Shown here piece by piece: positions 57,894 to 64,000 of a DNA stretch of 64,000 nucleotides. Position 1 is the stretch's first letter; every line of letters begins with the position of its first letter. The position numbers were made by a program, and so were the translations under genes. Source of the DNA: Myxococcota bacterium (GTDB taxonomy: Bacteria > Myxococcota_A > UBA9042 > PHBI01 > JAWLBL01); contig JAWLBL010000032.1 of NCBI GenBank assembly GCA_041687695.1, forward strand, positions 29,174-93,173, read 5' to 3'. The notes beneath the pieces were generated by a model that worked only from the letters and a program-made list of their open reading frames with translations, had not been told where the DNA came from and made no database searches.

Positions 57894-58928
57894 ATGCTGG
57901 ACCAGCTCGAGGCCCTGCTCGCCGAGGCCCAAGCCGCGCTCGCCGACGCCGACTCCGAGGAGCGCCTGCGCGAGCTCGAGGTGCACTATCTGGGCAAGAA
58001 GGGCGCCGTGACGGGCATCCTGAAGGGCATGGGCAAGCTGCCGCCCGAGCAGCGCCCGGCCCTGGGCCAGAAGGCCAACGAGGTCCGCGCGGTCGTCGCC
58101 GCCCAGGTCGACGCGCGCCGCGCCGCCCTCGAGGGCGCACGCATCGCCGCCCTGTGCGAGGACCCGACCTTCGACGCGACGCTGCCGGCGCCGCGTCCGC
58201 GCGTCGGCGCCTTGAACCCGGTGACCCTGGTCACCTACCACATCGAGGACGTGTTCCGGGCGATGGGCTTCTACCTGCTGGACTACCCGCAGGCCGAGTC
58301 CGAGTTCTACAACTTCGACGCCCTGAACATCCCGCCCGAGCACCCGGCGCGGGACATGCAGGACACGTTCTGGCTCAAGTCCGGGCCGGGTCAGCTCCTC
58401 CGCACGCACACGTCGCCCGGCCAGGTCCGCGCGATGCGCGCCTTCGGGCCGCCGTTCCGCGCCATCTTCCCGGGGCGGGTGTTCCGCTACGAGGCGGTCG
58501 ACGCCTCGCACGAGCACACCTTCCATCAGGTCGAGGGGCTGATGATCGACCGGGACATCTCGGTCGCCAACCTCATCCACTCGATGAAGACGCTGCTCAC
58601 CGAGATCCTCGAGCGCGAGGTCACCATCCGCCTGCGCCCGGGTTACTTCCCGTTCGTCGAGCCGGGCTTCGAACTCGACATCCAGTGCCAGGTCTGCGGC
58701 GGCTCCGGCTGCTCGGTCTGCAAGCACTCGGGCTGGGTCGAGCTGCTGCCCTGTGGCCTGGTCCACCCGAACGTCCTCCGCCATGGCGGCCTCGACCCCG
58801 AGGAGTGGTCCGGGTGGGCGTTCGGGCTCGGCCTGTCGCGCCTCGTGATGATGAAGTACCAGATCGAGGACATCCGCCACATCATGTCCGGCGATCTCCG
58901 CTTCGTCGGCCAGTTCCGCCAAGGGTGA
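57894..58928 (+). CDS. pheS: Phenylalanine--tRNA ligase alpha subunit
   Basis: NFDALNIPPEHPARDMQDTF, LRTHTSP, FHQVEGL and YFPFVEP. Confidence 0.98.
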   Translation: MLDQLEALLAEAQAALADADSEERLRELEVHYLGKKGAVTGILKGMGKLPPEQRPALGQKANEVRAVVAAQVDARRAALEGARIAALCEDPTFDATLPAPRPRVGALNPVTLVTYHIEDVFRAMGFYLLDYPQAESEFYNFDALNIPPEHPARDMQDTFWLKSGPGQLLRTHTSPGQVRAMRAFGPPFRAIFPGRVFRYEAVDASHEHTFHQVEGLMIDRDISVANLIHSMKTLLTEILEREVTIRLRPGYFPFVEPGFELDIQCQVCGGSGCSVCKHSGWVELLPCGLVHPNVLRHGGLDPEEWSGWAFGLGLSRLVMMKYQIEDIRHIMSGDLRFVGQFRQG

Positions 58929-58932
58929 CGCG

Positions 58933-61323
58933 ATGCTGATCTCGACCCGGTGGCTGTCGCGCCACGTGGATCTCACCGGCGTGGACCTCCAAGAGCTCGC
59001 CAACCGCTTCACCCTCAACGTCGCCGAGCTCGAGGGCGTGCACGAGGTCGGGACGGGCCTCGACGGCGTCGTCGTCGGCCACGTGCTCGAGGTGCACCCC
59101 ATCGAGGGCGCGCGCGTGCAACGCACGGTCGTCGACACCGGCCCGCACGGGCGACGGCAGATCGTCTGCGGCGCCCCCAACGTCGCCGCCGGCCAGTACG
59201 TCCCGGTGGTGTTGCCCGGACACAAGATCGGCGACCTCGAGATCCGCGAGGCCGAGGTCCGCGGCGTGCTGTCGAGCGGCATGATCGCCAGCGAGAAGGA
59301 GCTCGGGCTGAGCGAGGAGCACGAGGGCATCATGGTCCTCGACGGGACGCCCGAGCCTGGCGCTCCGCTCGCGCAGGCGGTGGACGTCCACGACGTGCTC
59401 TTCGAGATCGACAACAAGTCGCTGACCCACCGGCCCGACTGCTGGGGCCACCGCGGCGTCGCCCGCGAGGTGGCGGCCATCCTCGGTCGCGAGCTGAAGC
59501 CGCTCGATCTCGAGGTCGCCTTCACGAGTGATCGTCCGCTGGCCATCACCGTCGAGGATCAGAAGGCGTGTCCGCGCTACACCGCGGTCACCCTGGACGG
59601 CGTGACGGTCCGTCGATCGCCGCTGTGGATGCGCCTGCTCCTTGGCCGCGTGGGCACGCGCGCCATCAACAACGTGGTCGACGCGACGAACTTCGTGATG
59701 CTCGATCTGGGCAACCCGCTGCACGCCTTCGACGGCCGTCAGATCGGCGGCGGGCAGATCGTGGTCCGCCGCGCGCGCCCCGGCGAGAGCTTCGTGACCC
59801 TCGACGGGCAACGGCGCGCCCTGGAGCCACGGGATCTGCTCATCGCCGACGCCGAGCGGGGCGTCGCCCTGGCCGGCATCATGGGGGGCCTCGACTCCGA
59901 GATTCAGGACGACACCACCTCGGTCGTGCTCGAGTCGGCCAACTTCGACGCGGGCGTCGTCCGCGCGACCGCCCAGCGCCTGGGCCTGCGCACCGAGAGC
60001 TCGGCCCGCTTCGAGAAGAGCCTGGATCCGCGCCTCAGCGAGGACGCCTCGCGAGCCTTCTGCAGGTTGCTCCAGCAGCTCGACGCGAACGTCCGCGTCA
60101 CCTCGGCGCTGATGGACGTCGCGGCGCCTCTTCCCGAGCCGCCGGTCATCGAGCTGCGCGTGCAGCGCGTCGAGGCCCGCCTGGGCGTGAAGCTGGGCGA
60201 AGAGCGGATCGCCGACTATCTGCGCCGCCTGACCTTCGGCGTCGAGCAGGTCGGCGAGGGCGTCCTGCGCGTGGCGGTCCCCAGCTTCCGCGCCACCAAG
60301 GACATCGCCATCGAAGCCGACCTCATCGAGGAGGTGGGGCGCAGTTTCGGTTACGACCACATCACGCCCGCGCCGCCGACCATCCAGCTGGCGCGCCCGC
60401 ATCCCAACGCGCACAAGCGCTTCGAGCGCGCCGCCCGCGCCTACCTGACGCTGACCGGCGGCTTCGACGAGGTCGTGACCTACTCGTTCGCCTTCGACCC
60501 GCTGCTCGAGCGCCTCGGCGCCCGCCCCGAGCGCCGCATCGAGGTCGCCAACCCCATCAGCGCCGAGATGCCGGCCTTGCGGACGGATCTGGGCCCCAAC
60601 CTGCTGGGCGTGCTCGAGAAGAACGCGCGGGAAGTGGACTCGATCCGCGTGTTCGAACTCGAGCGCGTCTTCCGCTGCCCCGCCGATCCAGCCGGCCTGC
60701 CCGTCCAGCCGGTCACGCTCGGGGGCCTCGTCGCCGAGACCCGGGCGCCCGAAGGGGCGGACCTGTTCTTTGCGCTCAAGGGCTACGTCCTGGGCCTGTC
60801 GCGGGCCGTCGAGCGCGCGCCCCTGCGCCTGGTCCAGGGCGGCGTCGGCCATCCCTGGGCGCACCCGGTCCGGCAGGCGCGGCTGTTCGCCGGTGAGCGA
60901 GAGGTCGGCTACATGGCCGAAGCTCACCCGCTGACCCTGCACCAGCTGGACGTCGGGCACCGCGCCGCGCTGTTCGAGATCGATCTCGACGCCTGGCGCG
61001 ACACGCCCGTCGCCGCCCCCGGCTACAAGCCGTTGCCGCGCTTCCCGGCCGTCTTCCGCGACTTCGCCGTCGTCGTGCCGGGCGACGCGCCCGCCGAAGT
61101 GGTCCGCGAGGCCATCATCTCCGCGGCGCCCGAGCTTGTCCGCGACGTGGTGTTCCAGTCGGTCTACCGAGGCCAGGGCGTGCCTGAGGGGCACAAGTCG
61201 ATGGCCTGGTCGGTCACGCTCCGGCGCGACGACCGCACGCTGACCGAGCCCGAGGTCCGCGCCACCGAGGAGGCGATCTGGCGCGCCCTCACCGAGCGCG
61301 TCGGCGGCCGCCCGCGGTCCTGA
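58933..61323 (+). CDS. pheT: Phenylalanine--tRNA ligase beta subunit
   Basis: QIVCGAPNV, INNVVDATN...PLHAFD, SARFEK, DLIEEVGR and RFPAVFRDFA. Confidence 0.97.
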   Translation: MLISTRWLSRHVDLTGVDLQELANRFTLNVAELEGVHEVGTGLDGVVVGHVLEVHPIEGARVQRTVVDTGPHGRRQIVCGAPNVAAGQYVPVVLPGHKIGDLEIREAEVRGVLSSGMIASEKELGLSEEHEGIMVLDGTPEPGAPLAQAVDVHDVLFEIDNKSLTHRPDCWGHRGVAREVAAILGRELKPLDLEVAFTSDRPLAITVEDQKACPRYTAVTLDGVTVRRSPLWMRLLLGRVGTRAINNVVDATNFVMLDLGNPLHAFDGRQIGGGQIVVRRARPGESFVTLDGQRRALEPRDLLIADAERGVALAGIMGGLDSEIQDDTTSVVLESANFDAGVVRATAQRLGLRTESSARFEKSLDPRLSEDASRAFCRLLQQLDANVRVTSALMDVAAPLPEPPVIELRVQRVEARLGVKLGEERIADYLRRLTFGVEQVGEGVLRVAVPSFRATKDIAIEADLIEEVGRSFGYDHITPAPPTIQLARPHPNAHKRFERAARAYLTLTGGFDEVVTYSFAFDPLLERLGARPERRIEVANPISAEMPALRTDLGPNLLGVLEKNAREVDSIRVFELERVFRCPADPAGLPVQPVTLGGLVAETRAPEGADLFFALKGYVLGLSRAVERAPLRLVQGGVGHPWAHPVRQARLFAGEREVGYMAEAHPLTLHQLDVGHRAALFEIDLDAWRDTPVAAPGYKPLPRFPAVFRDFAVVVPGDAPAEVVREAIISAAPELVRDVVFQSVYRGQGVPEGHKSMAWSVTLRRDDRTLTEPEVRATEEAIWRALTERVGGRPRS

Positions 61324-61325
61324 GC

Positions 61326-62522
61326 ATGCGGTCGGCCCCCGGCGCGAACCTCCCCGCGGTGCTCCGCCCGGCACGCCGCGTCGACGCGCCGGCGCAGGTC
61401 CTGCTGGTCTCGCCGCCGGTGTCGCCACCTTGGATCAACGCCAGCGCCATCCTGGCCCGCGATCTGGCGGTGATGGGGCAGGCCTATCGCTACCGCGTGT
61501 TGGGCACCCGCGATCAGGCCTCGCCCGGCGGCGCCGCCAGGGTCGAGCCGCTCTACTCCGACGCCGCCCCCGGCGCTTTCGGCACGACCCGTGTCGACCA
61601 GCTGCGGCTCGCCGCCCGCCTGGTCCGCCCCGACGCCTGCGCCGTCCACCACTTCATCTTCACCCCCAGCGCGCGCTCGGCCCGCGTCGCCCGGCTCGCC
61701 CTGCGCGTCAGCCGCAAGCGCTCGGTCCAGACGATCCCCAGCCAGCCGACCCTGACCGCCGCGCTGCCCGAGCTGGTCTTCGCCTCGCGCGTCGTCGCCG
61801 TCTCGGACGCCACGGCCCTGCTGCTGCGCTCGGCGGGCGTCCCCGACGTCCGCGTCATCCGTCCGTCCGTCGCCCTGCCCCCCGCGCCGCCCACCCGCGC
61901 CGAGGCGCGCGCCCACCTCGGCGGGCCCTTCGTGGGCGCGGCCGCCGACGCCCCGACCTTCCTGTACGCCGGCGACCTCGAGCACTCCGACGGCGCGACC
62001 GTCTTCGTCGACGCCGCCTCGCGCGTCCGCCAGCAACACCCGGACGCCCGCTTCATCGTCGCCTGCCGCCCCAAGACCGCCGCGCACGCCCACGCCCTGG
62101 CCATCCTGCGCCGCCGCGCCGCCGCGGCCGGCCTCGAGGACCACCTCGCCTTCCTGGGCCAGGTCCCCGACATCGGCACCCTGCTCTCGGCCGTCGACGC
62201 CGTCGTCATGACCCCGGACACCCTGTACGCCAAGCTCGACCTCCCGCTGGTCCTGCTCGAGGCCATGGCGCGCGCCCGCCCCCTGGTCGTCAGCGATCTG
62301 CCCGCGCTGGGCGAGCTGGCCGGCCTCGGTCAGGGCACCCGCGTCGTCCGCCGCAGCGACCCCGACGCCCTCGCCGCCGCGCTCGCGCCCCTGGCCGCCG
62401 ATCCCGCCCTCGCGGACCGCCTCGGCCGCGCCGCCCGTCAGACCGCCGCGGCCTGCTTTGCGCCCGAGCGCATGGTCCTCGCCTACGAGGCCCTCTACGA
62501 TGAGCTCCTCGATGGCCGATAA
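61326..62522 (+). CDS. GT4-family (GT-B) glycosyltransferase
   Basis: FLGQVPD and PLVLLEAMARARPLVVSD. Confidence 0.85.
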   Translation: MRSAPGANLPAVLRPARRVDAPAQVLLVSPPVSPPWINASAILARDLAVMGQAYRYRVLGTRDQASPGGAARVEPLYSDAAPGAFGTTRVDQLRLAARLVRPDACAVHHFIFTPSARSARVARLALRVSRKRSVQTIPSQPTLTAALPELVFASRVVAVSDATALLLRSAGVPDVRVIRPSVALPPAPPTRAEARAHLGGPFVGAAADAPTFLYAGDLEHSDGATVFVDAASRVRQQHPDARFIVACRPKTAAHAHALAILRRRAAAAGLEDHLAFLGQVPDIGTLLSAVDAVVMTPDTLYAKLDLPLVLLEAMARARPLVVSDLPALGELAGLGQGTRVVRRSDPDALAAALAPLAADPALADRLGRAARQTAAACFAPERMVLAYEALYDELLDGR

Positions 62523-63219
62523 CCGCACCTACTACGACGCCTTCGCCGCGACCTACGAGGCGAGACGCCACGAGCCGTACCACCGCTTCCTCGACGACTC
62601 CGAGCTGGCCGTGGTCGCCCCGCTCGCCGCCGGCCGCGACGTGCTCGAGGTCGGCTGCGGCACCGGCCTCGTCCTCGAGCGCCTGGCCGACGTCGCCCGC
62701 CACGCGACTGGGGTCGACCTCTCCCCTGGGATGCTGGCCAAGGCCCACGCCCGCGGCCTGGACGTGCGCGAAGGCGACGCCACGGCCCTGCCCTTCCCGG
62801 ACGCCAGCTTCGACGTGACCTGCAGCTTCAAGGTGCTGGCCCACGTCCCCGATCTGGCCCGCGCCCTGGCCGAGATGGCGCGCGTCACCCGGCCAGGCGG
62901 CTTCGTCGTCGCCGAGCTGTACAACGCCCACAGCGTCCGCGCCCTGGTCAAGCATCTCAAGCCGGCCTCCCGCGTCTCGGCCGTCCACACCGACGAGGAC
63001 GTCTACACCCGCTACGATCGCCTGGCCGAGGTGCGCACTCAGCTGCCCGTGGGCACCCGCCTCGTCTCCGTCGACGGCGTCCGCGTGCTGTCGCCGGCCG
63101 CGCTGCCGTTCAACCTGCCGCTGGTCGGCCCCGCGTGGGCTCGCGCCGAGCGTCTGGCAGCCCGCACTCCGCTCAGACGTTACGCGGGCTTCCTCATCCT
63201 CACCCTCGAGCGCCTCTGA
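62512..63219 (+). CDS. Class I SAM-dependent methyltransferase
   Basis: VLEVGCGTG, GVDLSPGML, LPFPDASFD and RVTRPGG. Confidence 0.92.
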   Translation: MADNRTYYDAFAATYEARRHEPYHRFLDDSELAVVAPLAAGRDVLEVGCGTGLVLERLADVARHATGVDLSPGMLAKAHARGLDVREGDATALPFPDASFDVTCSFKVLAHVPDLARALAEMARVTRPGGFVVAELYNAHSVRALVKHLKPASRVSAVHTDEDVYTRYDRLAEVRTQLPVGTRLVSVDGVRVLSPAALPFNLPLVGPAWARAERLAARTPLRRYAGFLILTLERL

Positions 63220-63832
63220 CGCGCTTCATCAGCCGGCCGTACTTGCCCTCGGTCTGCTCGTGGAGCTCCACCCCGGCCCGTCGCGCCACCTCCAACACCA
63301 GCTCACGGGCCCCCTCCGCGTCGTCGGTCTCGACCTCGACCTCGGCCTCGACGGTCCCGTCGGGAAAGCGCGTCTCGTCGACCTCCAGCACGAACCCGGA
63401 CAGGTGCACCCGGCGTCGCCGGTTGATCATCACCGCGTGCTCGCGTAGCTCGCGCACCCCACAGGCCTCGCGCAGCCAGGCGGTCTCTTCGGCCTGCAGC
63501 GACAGCAGATCGGTCCGTCCGGCCTGGACGGCCTCCCAGAGCTCCGACGGGACCTCGCACTCGCGCTCCTCGGACGCGAACACTCCGCCCTCCTTGCTGT
63601 GCCGCCGCTTGAGCGTCAGCACGATCGCCTGGGGCGACGTCGCGCCGCCCGGCGCGTCGACCCGCTCTTCGCGCCGCACGCGCACCATGACCTTGGCCTC
63701 GGCGAGCCGTCCCTCGGGGTCGCCGAAGTAGTGGTTGTGCTGATCGACGACCGCTTCGGGCGTCGGCAGCTCGGCCAGCAACGCGTCCAGCTCCTCGGGG
63801 CGCGCAAGCGCCAGCTTCAGCTCGACCTCCAC
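63200..63832 (-). CDS. CYTH domain protein
   Basis: EVELK (ExExK), NHYF, VRVR and EVEVE. Confidence 0.88.
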   Translation of the reverse strand: MEVELKLALARPEELDALLAELPTPEAVVDQHNHYFGDPEGRLAEAKVMVRVRREERVDAPGGATSPQAIVLTLKRRHSKEGGVFASEERECEVPSELWEAVQAGRTDLLSLQAEETAWLREACGVRELREHAVMINRRRRVHLSGFVLEVDETRFPDGTVEAEVEVETDDAEGARELVLEVARRAGVELHEQTEGKYGRLMKRVRGARG

Positions 63833-63906
63833 CCGGCACCTCCGTCATGACGCGGCGAGGGCGCAGCATACACCGGTGACCAGCCGCTGACCCGTCGCCA
63901 ACCTCC

Positions 63907-64000
63907 TAGATGACCTCGGCGGGAATGGCGATCCGGTTATGCGCACAACGGCTTCCCTGCGTAGGTCCACTTGAAGGGCTTGGCGAGGACGGCGTTGAAG
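63907..64000 (-). mobile_element. Right end of an IS630-family insertion sequence (transposase C-terminus 63937-64000)
   Basis: Minus strand reads ...FNAVLAKPFKWTYAGKPLCA*, typical of IS630 transposase ends, then about 28 bp ending in CTAG (TA target). Confidence 0.75.

Noticed and set aside
58680..58725. CxxC-x4-CxxC insert in PheS as a novelty
   Set aside because: This zinc-finger-like insert is common in bacterial PheS.

Overview
Very GC-rich chromosomal segment. The gene repertoire points to a Myxococcota-like bacterium (inference): PEGA-domain Ser/Thr kinase, FHA/TPR proteins, a MYXO-CTERM-like tail, Cys-rich lipoproteins, three ECF sigma factors and sigma-54 promoters. About 55 CDS can be supported; most long ORFs in the supplied track are GC-rich shadow frames. 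Housekeeping genes: ruvCAB, rho-rpmE-prfA, glpK, trmL, murC-like/murD, pheST, nagZ and a cyclophilin. Accessory loci: a DUF4175-like/TPR-metallopeptidase/MoxR/DUF58/BatA-vWA operon; a subtilase with FG-GAP repeats; a GT-C/lectin + GT2 + repeat-lipoprotein glycosylation locus; an orphan ParA with two TRASH-like repeats; a nucleotidase-like/tetraheme cytochrome fusion; and the end of an IS630-like element at the right edge. Best novelty candidates: (1) an ExbB-ExbD-TonB motor followed not by a TonB-dependent receptor but by two paralogous exported proteins that each look like one repeat of a TolC-type protomer; (2) an unannotated ~350-nt structured region with repeated CUCCCC/GGGGAG hairpin loops behind a sigma-54 promoter; (3) a 166-nt rod-like inverted repeat whose mismatches favour minus-strand folding; (4) a MurC paralogue with rewritten active-site motifs. 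No CRISPR array, tRNA or rRNA was recognised. All family assignments come from motif reading by eye, not from database searches.
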